Source of the DNA: Nemertoderma westbladi
Lineage: Eukaryota > Animalia > Xenacoelomorpha
Length of the DNA stretch: 36,354 bases
Direction of reading: 5' to 3'
Assembly: GCA_032718475.1 (NCBI GenBank)
Contig: JAUCBJ010005578.1
Span: forward strand, 1 to 36,354
How positions within the stretch are numbered: the stretch's first letter is position 1; each line of letters opens with the position of its first letter. Shown in pieces: positions 20,812-33,500 of the stretch. The notes below the pieces were generated by a model that made no database searches, had not been told where the DNA came from, and saw only the letters and a program-made list of their open reading frames with translations. Position numbers and translations under genes: made by a program.

Positions 20812-22845
20812 GGCAGTGTCATCCATAAATAGGAGACTATGTAACCATTCTAGAAATCCGTCATTTTCGCAGTTTTTTTAGATTCCTGACTAGCTCATTT
20901 AGATAAATAATGAACAATATACCGGATGAGACAAGGCCCTGTCGCAGACCTATAACTGCAATAATTATTACCATACCCAACACACTCTTAGTGGAAGTGT
21001 ACATAATTGCTATATCAGCTTACATAACAGCACCACATCCAATACGCTTAAGTAGAGCAATAAGTATATCCCTTGGTACTCTGTCGTACGCCTTAGAGAA
21101 ATCAATGAAAATTATATATAATTTCACTTTCTTAGAAATAGCATAGTTCATTAAGAACTAAGGTAATTAATAACTCCATACACCCACGTCCTTTTTGGTT
21201 CCCCGCTTGCTCTCTAAATGGTTTGAACCATCTAGAAAGCCGATTACTAAGCATTCCATCATATACCTTACACAGACTATCCGCTACAATTATCCCTCTA
21301 TAGTTATCACATAGCAACCTGTTACCACGCTCTAAATATAACAAATAACTTTGCATAACACCAGTTAACCGAATATAAACCAGATATAAATATCTTATTG
21401 AAAATAACACAAATAAACATTAACCATTCAATTGGCAATAATTTGAGGAAGGCAGGGCAGGGCCTACCGCATCTGGACCAGCTGCCTTGTTCGGTTTTAG
21501 CCCATAGATGCCATCTGTAACCTCGTCTAAAGTTATTGGATCATCAAGCTGTGGTATGTATATATTATTAGTTGTGGAATATGTCACAGAATTTTGGATT
21601 TCGCCTGCGACAGTTGCTTCTTGGGTTGTGCCTTCCAACGGAGTTTCAAAATGAGCCTTGAATTCCTCATTTTATGGGGTATTAAGATTTGCTACATTAT
21701 TATCGAGTGTACCTTTCCAGTTGATTTTTTTCATATAGATTTAGAGTCGTTAGATTGTATCATATTCTTCCACTTCTGCGTTACATTGATATTATTCGTA
21801 TTATAGGCAGGGCACTGTGCTACAGTTTATATTGTGTTTCTTCGCAAAAGTTGCTGTGTGGTTTATTGTTTCAATAAGCTTACCAATGAGACTATCTGTA
21901 TTATCTGATGTAATAGCAGGTGGGAGTTGCACTTCTAGTAACCGTTTCATATCATTAGCGTTTATGTTGCTAAATTTAAGACTCTTATTCGTTTTTGCTG
22001 GTTCTGTCAAAACAGCATGGTCCAATAACACGCTAGCTTGCTTAAGGGTCTCTTCTGTGCGAGGCAATGTTAATGTACTTAGATCAACCATTAAACCAAT
22101 GAGTGCATGGTTTGAAGGTAATAATAGGCTCTGATTTACTACAAAGTTACAAATAAAAGGAACTATATTGTAGTCGGCCAAACACCAATCCAATTCAGAA
22201 TTCCATGTATGCTTTTTTCTGAATGTGCACCCGCTATCCATAGAAATAAAATTTAATTTAGAGTTGTTCACTGGGAATATTGTTTACCATTGGCATTTGG
22301 GTTGACAATCGAATCTGCACTTGGGTTGCGACCCCATTCTATTGTAATCTTATTTGTGTTTCGTAACCTCGAATCGTGTTCTTCTATCAGCTTTCCAAAA
22401 CGGCTATTAAAGTCACCCATAATAATATAGTGCTTTTCCTTGCATCCGTTTGGGAGTATGCGAGCACTAATTTGAGAAATCATGCTGGGATCGAAGTACG
22501 TAGAGTCTGTAGGAGGTAGATAAAAGGTACCAAAGACAATGTCAGGGAATAACTTAAAGACTATCCATATTTGATCACGCATAGAGGTATCGATTGAAGC
22601 TACATAATTTGCCATCCAATGCTTATACAGGACTGCAACTCCACCCCTATCTCCCACGTTAGAGGAGGGCGCAGCAAACTTAAATCCTGGTACAGATAAC
22701 TGAGACTTTAGTTTCGTTTCAATTAGAAATACTATATCGTAAGTCAAAATTTCCTTAAGTGTGTCCAACTTTTCGAGTTTGTCAGTGACGCCATTGATAT
22801 TCCATGAACAAATCTGGGTGTTCTGGCGTTTCCCATTTATGGGCG
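20575..22845 (-). pseudogene. LINE ORF2: AP endonuclease + reverse transcriptase
   Basis: SWNING, FLIETK, RGGVAVL, YLPP, GDFNSR, SELDW, SNH; KAAGPD, NYRGI, EQAG.QKGR, DFSKAYD, LLFMDDT (~20671-20682). Confidence 0.88.
20661..20926. repeat. Perfect 119-bp direct duplication separated by A+T27
   Basis: 20661-20779 = 20808-20926, with poly(T) at 20781-20807. Confidence 0.9.
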
Positions 22846-22864
22846 TATTTCTTATGTCAAAAAA

Positions 22865-23627
22865 TTAGGCGACCATGAGTCAATAATAGTACCATCTTTC
22901 AATATTTCGCGCTTCTTGGAGTCCAGTATTATTTTGCACCCTTGATTTTCAACCTTATTCTTTTCTTCATATAAAACTTTTCTTAGTCGTCCCCATTCCC
23001 AGCAAATGATTGGGTGTAAATCCTTCTTACATAGATTTTTGACCAGATTATTTCAGTGCCTTTTATCGTATGCACTCCAGCTGATTTGAGAACCCTAGAT
23101 TTCCCTACAATACGAAATCTATCTCGACTATTCCGAAGTGTAATTAGCAAGGGTTTTTTGTCTCAACTACCAATTCTGCGATGTTCGTATTCGACCGGTT
23201 CTCCAATCTGGAGGATGTTGAGTAGATTCTCTATGATTTCGTTATCCGTGGGGCTACTGGAAGCGTCTGGTAGACCTGTAACAACGATGTTTGCAGCTCT
23301 ATCTTTCGATAGAACATGTTCGAGTGCAATTTGTTGGCTGAAAATCGTAGCCTTTTGCACAGCCTGTTCATACTTCATGTTCTTAATCTCGTCACGAAGA
23401 AGCGAATTTTCTGCTCGTATGCTTCCAATTTCCAGTTTAAGGCTATCCAGTTGGTTACCCAAATCGACCCTCATCGCCTTCACTTCCACCATTATACTTG
23501 TCGTTTCACTGGACTTCGATTCGTCTTTATCTGCTAGTATAATCTTTATAATATCATCTTTGTTGATTCGTTTTAATTCATTTTGGCTTAATCGGCATAG
23601 CTCCCTAATAGTGCTTACCGACATCAT
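22865..23627 (-). pseudogene. LINE ORF1 (coiled coil + RRM-like)
   Basis: Heptad-rich LDSLKLEIGSIRAENSLLRDEI, NIVVTGLP, RRIG; interrupted by a stop at ~23163. Confidence 0.75.
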
Positions 23628-23728
23628 ATAATTATTGTTTCCAGCACAGTATTATAGGGCATATGCCAATGGTACAATATATCAGAAGTGCACTTAGGCT
23701 AGGCCTATTTTTAACTACATTATTGATT

Positions 23729-24999
23729 CGGAGACAAACATACCAACTGACCCTGATGATGAAGATTATCACGTGGACGTTAGCGCTCTCCCCATTGGAG
23801 ATCTCATCTATGAGTGAGTTTGGTATCCTGCCAACACCATTTATGGCAGATGCGGGGCTTCTGGCCATCAATCAAAGAAATTTGGAGCTAAACATATATC
23901 TCTACCAGATTTAGTGTGCAACTGGTGTGGGGATGAACGGTCACACACTTTCTACACCTGCTGGCGTTTCGTAGCTCAATGCATGTAAGGTAACATCAAA
24001 GGTCATAGGGCGTCCGAATGTCAACTCAGGGACATTCCCTATGAGCATATGTTGGTAAAGATCACCCGACAGCTATTTGACCATTGGGAGAATTTAGCAG
24101 ACAAGCATGTGTCGACGCAGCGACGAAGTTTCCCCATAAGAGCGCATTTAGGATTTTGGGCCGTAAACCCTCTCATTATGTCGAAGGAAGGATACATGTC
24201 AGTTATGCCTCAATACAACGAACTTTTAGAGGTGCTAGACATATTGCCATTGGATAGCGGCTTCAAGGTCGTGAGGGATTATTTTCTACAGGTTCACCCT
24301 GATAATATGAACACTTGGAACTTTCAAACCATGGTAAACAAGATTACCGCTGGAGAGTTCAATAAATTGCGAGTCGAACAGCGGAATCGGGGAGCCTGGC
24401 ATTTGATAGCTTGGGCTTACAGAAGCGCATTTTATCACAAACGCATGACCTCGTGTATTTTGGACGAGGCAGACGTCTTGCGTGAGACTGGCTTCAAGGC
24501 CACACTGTTACCCGAAAGGATACGCCACCCTCAAGAAGACCCGCAGTTTCGTATTCTTAGAGCCCAGAAGGCCGGACAGGAGATTGAGAAGGTTGTGAAT
24601 ATCGCTGAAAGGACGACGTGAAAGTCACAGATCTGGATGACTCGGGGCACAGTTTCCCTTCCTAGAGAACCATGTGGGGGGACTGGATTTGCTTTACACG
24701 AACCCACGAGGGTTCAGACAATGTCGGAGAGCGAGGTGTCAGCGGACGGAATGGTCCCGCCCCTTAGACTCCCTCCTAGCATTGCGGAAACTCAGTCCGA
24801 CAAGACCAAACTTATGATTGGGATCGGACGAGGATTTAAAGGATTGATTGCCCGACTGATGTGCGAGATGTCAGTTGTTCCTTTTCCTAGCATTTTAGAA
24901 CCGCAGGCAGCATGACATCGAAGCCCGAGCCTGGTTCGATCTCGACCATCACCCAGTCGTCTTAGAGGGCGGTGACGAGCTCGTTTGACGAAGGATTAG
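23729..24999 (+). pseudogene. Decayed accessory gene (zinc knuckle and C-terminal region)
   Basis: Aligns to ORF 6685-8961; in-frame stops (TGA ~23814, TAA ~23986, TGA 24619, TGA 24913). Confidence 0.9.
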
Positions 25000-25017
25000 A
25001 GGAGCGAGGTAGAGAAA

Positions 25018-25037
25018 GGAAGTCTTGCGAGCCTACC
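25018..25037 (+). repeat. Family-A hairpin motif in A2 (one mismatch)
   Basis: GGAAGTCT-TGCG-AGCCTACC. Confidence 0.8.
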
Positions 25038-25629
25038 GTTGGCGATTAGCGCTCAGGAGAAGATTTCTAGACCAGTAGGACGAACTTTTCAGTTCGTCAG
25101 GAGAACACTTTGGAACTTATTTGGAACTATTTTAGCATATTACTTTGACTATTAATCTTAACTAACTTGTAAAATTTGAATTATATTTGTAATATTATAT
25201 TATGGAAATGTTTGGAATTATTCGCTTTAATTTCTTAGTTTGTTTTATCTTAGATAACCGAAGCCCTTTTTTTATATTTTATGCACTAAATTAGGTAGTA
25301 AATTTGTATTTTGTATTTGTATGTATGAATGTTTTGTATTTACGCAGTACCTGCAATATTGAGTTTGCAATAGGTAAGACAGTGATTATTTTTATATTGT
25401 AGGCCCCACCCTAGATTAGAGAGATATTTTAGTCAGTTATTTGTGTGTCTCGATTGGTGACAGTCTTACTTACTGTTTTCATGGAGCGGTGTTGGATTAT
25501 TTCACTGTTAAGTAGCAATCTGCAGTACCACGTAAAAACTTTCTAAATCCGACGTATTTTGACTTGATTTGTAGTAATGTAATATGCCTACTTCCTATTA
25601 GTAGATATAAGTACACTGGTGATTCTATT

Positions 25630-25700
25630 GGCGCAGTGGTCAGATGGGTTAAGGCGTTGGTTACATTCTAGGTAGGTCATGGGTTCGAATCTTGGTCGGG
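25630..25700 (+). ncRNA. tRNA-derived Pol III promoter in A2
   Basis: TGGTCAGATGGGTTAAGGCG ... GGTTCGAATC, followed by TTTTT. Confidence 0.6.
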
Positions 25701-27273
25701 AAATTTACATTTTTGGGCTATTAATTTTCGATTTCATTAAACTAGATAAGCCAATGAGGTGTGTACAACACATGGAATGGTGGGTTGGGCCAATCATAAG
25801 GCATTTAATAACCAATTGCTCCAATGTGTGGCCATGGAATGTTGTAGAATGTTCTAGTTAATTCCATGTCCAGGATTTGCTATATAAAGGGCAGTTTACC
25901 CTTCAGTTATCACCTAACACGATCACTTGTATTATCATTTGTTTAGATTTATTTGTAAAAGTTAAGTTTGATAAGTCTTTAGCAATTACGTTAATATACT
26001 GTAAACTCTTGAACATGTACGTTTTAATGTGTCCACCTTTGGGACAGCCAAACATTTGGGGAATGGCTGCCTAAACCGTTAGGCCCTCAGCAATGCAGGG
26101 AAACGATGTCCGCAACACACTAGAGCGCCCACATCAGATTTGCCTACGCGCCCGTTCGAAGCATGCCCTCTTGCCATACAGCGCCCACTTCAGAGGAAGG
26201 TAAGACTTTGTTTGACGCCCTTGCCCACAATAAGACCTTAGATCAGGGTAAAGCGTGACGCCGTCCTGGGACGCCGTAAAATTTAAGATTAGATATTTTG
26301 GATTCAGACATAGGCAAAAACCCCGGATCAACCTGTATCTCCTACAGGTGTGAACTATTGCTGTTCGTTAGTACGCGCAAGTACACTTTAGGTGCGGATA
26401 GCACATGCTCTATAATTTGGTGATTTGCAGTACTGACAGTTCTGTACCGGTTCACATTATAGCCTATATAGTTTGCCCGCCCCTGTCTGAGCCTGAAATA
26501 TTTGATCAGGCAAGAGGCAGCGTTCTGCTACCGGCACATATTTGGCTTAGGGAGGTTACTAACATCCTACTGCGCCTTGCCACATGCTGATAGGTATTTA
26601 CTGCTAACCACCGCAGTAAGAAAGTTCTAGAATCAAAGTTGTATACCAGATCAGCTAACCTACAGTAATAATTAACACCTATTCTCTTATCTCACAATCA
26701 GAATCTGGTATTAGTGCCGATCACGGGTGTAGTTACTAACACCGTAATTGCCCGATTGAGTTGTGGATAAGGAGGAGAGAGCTTTGACGTCAGTTTGTAA
26801 GTATTGATCCTACAGCGTGCAACTAGTTATTCGAGTAGCTAGCGCCTGGTATTGTTTTGACTAAAATCACTAAAACCTATTATAATGGCGATACACCAAA
26901 ATTGTCTTGTTCGTAACACACACACATGCATCCTAAAACACACACACGCGTCCTAAACCACATTTTGAGACCTACTAGCTACTGATTTACATTAGGTTAC
27001 TTTTCAGTAGGATTTATTCTATAGTTTCTACTATTTTGTAGTTTTGTAATTTGTGGAGATATTTAGTATTTAGTTTTACGGCAAGAGGTACTTTAGGCAT
27101 ACACCCATACAGGCATACAGGCATACCGTAATTGCCCGGTTGAGTTGTGGATAAGGAGGAGAGAGCTTTGACGTCAGTTTATAAGTATTGAGCCTACAGT
27201 GTGTGACTGGTTATTCGAGTAGCTAGCGCCCGGTATTGTTTTGACTAAAATCACTAAAACCTAGTATAACGGC

Positions 27274-27532
27274 AGGACATTGCTTTCGCCGTGAGGACCA
27301 GCCAGTGCATAATCTTGTACTTTGGCAGCCTCATGGAGTGAATAAGCTTGGTGGACAGCCCATGACTTTCTTGAGACGCATCTTAAAGGACACTGGCCTT
27401 GAAGATGCGGATGATCTAGCAAACGTCATGGGTGATAGGGAGTTGTGGCGGTGCAATTTTGTCGATAAGCCGGCACAGCATTCTTAAACATGCAGCTGCA
27501 ATGCAGCATGCCAATCCTAGTAGTAGTAGTAG
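27274..27532 (+). mobile_element. 5'-truncated RTE insertion (3' end only) with (TAG)n tail
   Basis: Near-identical to the reverse complement of 30508-30762. TSD TAGTATAAC(G/A)GC at 27262-27273 and 27533-27544. Confidence 0.9.
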
Positions 27533-28340
27533 TAGTATAACAGCGATACACCAAAATTGTTTTATTCGTAACACACACACACGCGTCCTAAAACACACAC
27601 ACGCGTTCTAAAACACATTTTGAGACCTACTAGCTACTGATTTACTTTGGGTTACTTTTCAGTAGGATTTATTCTATAGTTTCTACTATTTTGTAGTTTT
27701 CTAATTTGAGGAAATATTTAGTATTTAGTTTTACGGCAAGAGGTGCTTTAAGCATACACCCTTTTTTGACTGTTTTCCTATGGGCAGTATTGTTACGCTA
27801 GTCTGTTGATCCACTAGCTCGTATATAAACCATATAAATCACACCGCGGCAAGTTACGGTATTTAGGTCCATTAGCGATGGTTAGGATTCGCTGCACGGG
27901 GATTGTTTTCCCGTGAGTTTGGTCTGTCACTGTAGACTGTACATCTGCCTCACCGGTTAGAGGCCGGGTATCCTGTTTTGTCTAGTTCGCCCGGGCATTT
28001 GACTTGCCCACATATTAGAATAGACACCAGGCTCCATTCCTCGCCAGTAGTAGTTTGCAAATTTAGTATCTGTTTGTTTAGACACCCTGGACTGGGATTT
28101 ATTGTCAGATACTGTACGAGCCGGTATACACTACTAGATCCTACAGTAAGGTACATCGTTACTAGGATCCGGTAGGCGGTATACTACTGGACTTTTCAAA
28201 CAATATTAATAAGCCTACAGTAGAAATTATTTATTCAAACAGAGAACTTTATTTCAGTTAGATTTTAACCCCCCAGAACTATGTTTGAGTTGGTCAGTAG
28301 GCCATCAAAGGTCCATTGGTAGTCCATCGGGTCTATACAT

Positions 28341-28737
28341 TGCTTTGCCTAGTGTTACCGTAACCCGAATACTTTTCAGGCTAGTGCTATGATGACCAGC
28401 TCCGCAATGCTGTCTGCAGGGTGTCCGTCGGTCAGCGAGAGAATGCAGCAGTGATGCTGCATATCACTCCGTCTGGTCAGTAATGCGTCGACCCATCAGC
28501 GTGTAATGCTCACCCCTCGCAATCCCTTTTGGGGTTGGTCCTAAGGCAAGTCAAGCGGCTTAGCTCGGGTGTCGGCTGTCCTTGTCCCTTTTTACCTTGC
28601 TCTGCCTAGTGTCACCATAACCCGAATTTTTCAGGCTCGTGCTACGCTGATCGGTGTCCGTCCCTGTCCCTGCCTTTTTGAAACCTAGTATCACCCTAGG
28701 TCTAATCGTTTTCAGGCTCGCCCTATGCTAACCAGCA
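28341..28737. repeat. Three dispersed ~55-60 bp repeats in a hairpin-rich non-coding block
   Basis: CCTAGTRTYACC...TTTTCAGGCT.G..CTAYG at ~28348, ~28605 and ~28684. Confidence 0.6.
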
Positions 28738-29424
28738 CCACTCAGGCATTTGTCCCTTTGCACTAGGCTAGGCCCAGGCCTTATTGGCATCCAGGAATTC
28801 TACCTGGTGCCAGATTGTTCTTGTATTCTGGGAAACCGGGCCCCTTTAAAAGAGGGTGAGTGGCGATTCTATGTTTAGTCATCATAAAAAACTGCCGTAA
28901 CTTAATTAATTTTAACTTTCTATCCTTCCAGGTTTTTGCGCACGGTGCCCGGGACTTTTTGGATTATTAATTTATTAGTGTTTATAAATTTCATGCATGC
29001 CCAGCACCCTTCAATCTAGCAGGCCTAATATAGTAGTAGTCGTAGTAGTAGGGGTACATAGCTGACAGCCAGCTCTGGTGAGGCCCTGTTCTATAACCTG
29101 GTTGGGATGAGACTGCAAGGTTTAGGATCATATGATAAAGTGGTTGCAGTTCAGGTTCCTTTGGGCAACATCTCCATGCTTCCATTGGTTGTTCGAGGCC
29201 AAGGCGTGGTCTACTATTATTATTTATAATCCATTTTACCCGAATAACCAAGAATCCATTAAATTATATTATTAAATTTTGTACCGGATTCCAAAAATAT
29301 TATGTTCTAGAATACCTATCGTATACCTAAATACCTAATAGAATACCTAAGAATTCTAGAATTTTATGTTCTAGAGTTTTCTGTTCTAGAATTTTATTAG
29401 AGATAATTAATAATTCCATTACAG

Positions 29425-29607
29425 TGCGCGGCCGCTGACAACCCTGAACAACACTCATCCTGCGATAGCTTGTTTCCAGAACCCAAACTATGCTGGAAAT
29501 TACATTCTTCTAGATGACACACTCAATAACCTCCATGAGGCTGGAATTCTTCGCCATGAACAAATCTCATCCTTCATCATAACGCGTGGAACATGGACTC
29601 TAGCTGA
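29425..29607 (+). CDS. Host exon encoding a beta/gamma-crystallin Greek-key motif (gene or pseudogene)
   Basis: ttacAG acceptor and GTATGT donor; open frame ARPL...IACFQNPNYAGNYILLDDTLNNLHEAGILRHEQISSFIITRGTWTLA(E); followed by a 71-nt GT-AG intron (29608-29678). Confidence 0.7.
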
Positions 29608-30507
29608 GTATGTTGTACATTATTATAATATTATTTTAAACCTGCCTGGTTTTAAAACCATTAAAATCAACATTTCAGGAATTTTTTCCAAAAAACTAAG
29701 TGGTCGTGTTTAAGGCTAGCTCCACCAACAAAAAGTAAACCTTAAAGTATGTAGTTCAGGCAATCTGTTTTCTAATTCGAGGCCTTCTTCCGGTATAAGG
29801 ATTCCAAACTAATTATGATCCAGAGAAGGTTGCAATAGACAGACTAAGTGATTACTTGCATGGCGAGAACCAGCACATATGACTTTCTTGAAAAGTTTAG
29901 AAATTAAAGATGTTAGAATCTTTTACTTACAAGTGTTTTTATAGTTTTTAGTATTTTACTCGTGTTTTCCTAATTTAGAATTATACATTATTTCCCAGTT
30001 AGTATTAAACACCATTCCCTAGATTAGTGTACCGGCAAAGGGCTGATGCAATAGGGCCAGCTGGGAAGAGGATTAACAATCCACCTCGGTGGCCCGAGGC
30101 TAACAAAGGGCCTAAGGGAGGTAGATGCATGGAGTGGTAATTAGCCAATGGGAGGCCAGCACATGGCAATGAGTGTATTGACTGGAGGCCAACAAACGTG
30201 TAAGCCTAAGCGCAGTATATTTCCCCCTTTACATATATTAATGGTCATGAGTGTATTCTAACCAGTTGGCATTTTAATCCAGTATAGTAGAGGTGGAATA
30301 GTTTTCCACCGCTAAGCTCTGCTACAGTATTGTCACTACCGGTACTACAGTCAGGCAGGTGATTTAACAGTAACGTTGATCAGAGACAAACTCATTTATT
30401 CCACCGGCCAGCTAGTAGCCATTGCGAGAGCATTGGGAACAACCACCAGAGATGATCGGTTGGAATCCTCTACCAACTGGGATCCCGGTACACATAACCA
30501 AAATGAT

Positions 30508-33500
30508 TACTACTACTATGATCGGCATGCTGCATTGCAGCTGCATTTTTAAGAATGCTGTGCCGGCTTGTCGACAAAATTGCGCCGCCACATCTCCCTA
30601 TCACCCATGACATTTGCTAGATCATCCGCATCTTCAAGGCCAGTGTCCTTTAAGATGCGTCTCAAGAAAGTTATGGGCCGTCCACCATGCTTATTCACTC
30701 CATGAGGCTGCCAAAGTACAAGATTATGCACTGGCTGGTCCTCACGGCGAAAGCAATGTCCTGCAAAGCGGAGGCGATTTTGTTCTAGTGTCAAGCTTGG
30801 GGGAACCAATGAGGCACCTCCAATGTTATATAGTGTCTGGTTGGAGATGTGTGCATTGTACTTGACACAATGAACCCGGCGTAGCATTCTTGTGAATGTG
30901 CCATCCAGAGATTTGGTGTCCTCAGCAGTTAGAGCCCAGCATGGACTCCCATAGAGGAGTACTGGAACTACTTCTGCTCTAAATCATCGGACCTTAAGTT
31001 TCCGATTAATTATCGGTGACTTCCAAATCCTGGAAAGCCTATTCAAGGATGCCCATGCCTTTCCCTTACGTATTCGAAGGTCCTCACCTGACTTCCAGAT
31101 CCATGATCCCAGGTAACAGAAGTCGTCCACATGCTCAAGCATACCATCCTTTGAGATTATGCTCATCCGATCAGAGACTTGGTGAGGACTTTCAAAGTTA
31201 ACTGTCAAAATTTTTCTATCTATGTCAAAATCTTTCTGGAGTTAATATAAAGACCAACACTAGAAGCAGCATGTTCTAATGAGCCGAGGAGCCATTGGGC
31301 TCCCTCTAGTGATTCTGAGAGTACTCCTAAGTCATCAGCAAAGTCTAGATCAGTTAGGTACTTGGAAGGATTTCCTCGACTTCTGGAGCCAGTAGGTGGA
31401 GTTTTCATCACCCCATCATCAGTATGATGATCTAAGGACATGCGTAGAACATAGTCAACCAGAATTATGAACAAGAATGGTGCAAGTGTCTCCCTGGAGG
31501 ACACCCAATAACACTTCAAATGGTTCTGTGTTGTTGAACATTGAATGTTGTCGAACCATCGTATACTGATCTGATTGCTGCAATAATATCATCAAGAATC
31601 CCATATAATGAAAGTATGCTGAACATGCGTGAGCGAGAGACTGAATCAAAGGCCTTGAAGAAGTCAACAAAGATAACAGCCAGATGCCTGTCTTTCTTTT
31701 TTGATAACTCTTCAATTATCAGTCTAAGTGCCAAAATGGGCTCCATGGTCCCATGACCTTTACGGAACCCATTCTAATTTCTACAGAGCAGTCTCTCAAT
31801 GGGATCCCTGATGCGATTTAATATAATTCTATTGTATAGCTTTGCAGCAATCGAGATCAATGAGATTCCCCGAAAAGAACCACAGAGTGTTAGGTTGCCC
31901 TTATTGGGAACTGGCACCAATTTATTTGCTTTCATTTCTTGTGGGACTCTTGTTGTTCGGTACATGTCTACTATGATGGGATAGATAAGCTTTAAACACT
32001 CAGGTATTTTAAAGACCTCAGGGGGAACACCATCTACTCCAATGGCACAATTGGTCTTAATGCTCTTTGCAGCAGCCTTCACTTCTGCAAAGGAATAACG
32101 CCAATGGGAATATCTGGGAGTACAGACTCAGACACTTTTACTTCTATAAAGTTATCAGGCAATACCCTGTCATTATTGAGGAGCTTTTCAAAGTGGGCCT
32201 TCCAACCATTGAGGCGATCGGCTGGTGATTCAGCCTTAACCTTGGTGGTTGGTTGGCTTTTCCGACCAGTAAGCAAGTTGATCGATTTCCATGCCTGGGA
32301 TGATTGCCTGCTGTCGTCAGTATCATTGATGGCATCAACCTGTTGGTTTATAAGCTCCTGGAGATTAACAGGTACTGCCTATTCAGCGACCTAGATGCAG
32401 CCTTAACTGCATTCTTGGCCACTGTATTCTGTTTGAGTCAGGACTCTTACTACGCCTTATAAAGGTCATTTCGACACTTCTGAATTTTGTTGTCAGTCCA
32501 GGGGGCCCTTTTCCTGTTTCAAGGGTATAGAGGAACTGTATCTGCAGCTGCTAAACACACACCTATTGCTCAGCTGTAGTGTGAAGCTGGATCTCACACT
32601 TGGCTGTTGCAACAGAGAGGACCAGTCATGCCGCGGCAAGGCAGATTTCGTTGTTCTGCTATCACGCAGACTAAGTCTTACCTTGGCTATAATAAGGTGG
32701 TGATCACTGGAGAAGGGTCGAAGTGTAAATGCATTACAGTCTTGTATAGAGCTCCTGTATTTCCTATGAAACAGAATTTGGTCTATCTGGGACTTGTGAC
32801 CACTGGGTCCACTATGAGTCCATAGCTTTCCAGTTCGCTTCTTGAACTGGGTTCCAGCCGAAAACAATCTATTTCCAGAGATAAAATCCTGAAGATGGAC
32901 AGAATTTCGGTTAACACTATTGCTATAGACCCAGGGCGATGTAGGTGATTGATGCAGACTTGCATTAAAGTCTCCCAGGAATGTTAAGAATGCATGCTGA
33001 TCCACTCCATCAGTAGCTGCTTATAGATTATGGGAGAAATTTTCCACCTCATCTACAGGGGCAACACTAGTTGGAGAGTAGCACACAATCAGAACCACCT
33101 TAGGAAACTTCTTAGCCAGTCTTCCAGAACATGAGAAGTGACAACGGATGATGCGGTTAGAGATTTGGTCTATTTTGTCCAATGCTGCATGTGCAGTTGG
33201 ATTCATCAATAGACCAATTCCACCATTGCCACTATCATATGCTGAAGCGAGGGCGAGTCGCGAACCGCTCTCCATGTCCTTAATCAGAACCTCATCAGTC
33301 TGTCCAGTCTGCATTGGGTGCTCTTGAACACCCACTGCGCTAAGATAAAACTTATCTGCCAAGGCAGTCAGCTCTCCTTGTCGCATTGGGGACCCGAGTG
33401 TTAGGGTGTTTACTGAGGCTAGTCTAGTGACTTGCCTCAGATTCACCAATGGCTTTGTTGGTCTGGTGGAACATGAGAGTAGCCTCCAACTCCAGAATCC

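Larger units (their letters stand above)
20575..23725 (-). mobile_element. Decayed LINE of the CR1/L2 group (L2/Crack/Daphne-like), 3' part displaced by element B
   Basis: ORF1 followed by ORF2 (APE-RT) on the minus strand. Confidence 0.85.
23729..28198 (+). mobile_element. Older family-A BEL/Pao copy A2 (3' part of accessory gene + 3' LTR)
   Basis: Collinear with A1 ~7694-11892; ends ...GGACTTTTCA. Confidence 0.92.
25490..28198 (+). repeat. 3' LTR of A2 (start approximate) with internal duplication and RTE insert
   Basis: Homologous to 9626-11892; ~26742-27105 is duplicated at ~27126-27760. Confidence 0.6.

Noticed and set aside
30054-30121. HDV-like ribozyme (GGGCCA...TCCACCTCGGTGGCCC...CCTAAGGGAG)
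   Set aside because: Superficially similar, but L3 is too short for P1.1 and P2 is weak; at best a degenerate relic.
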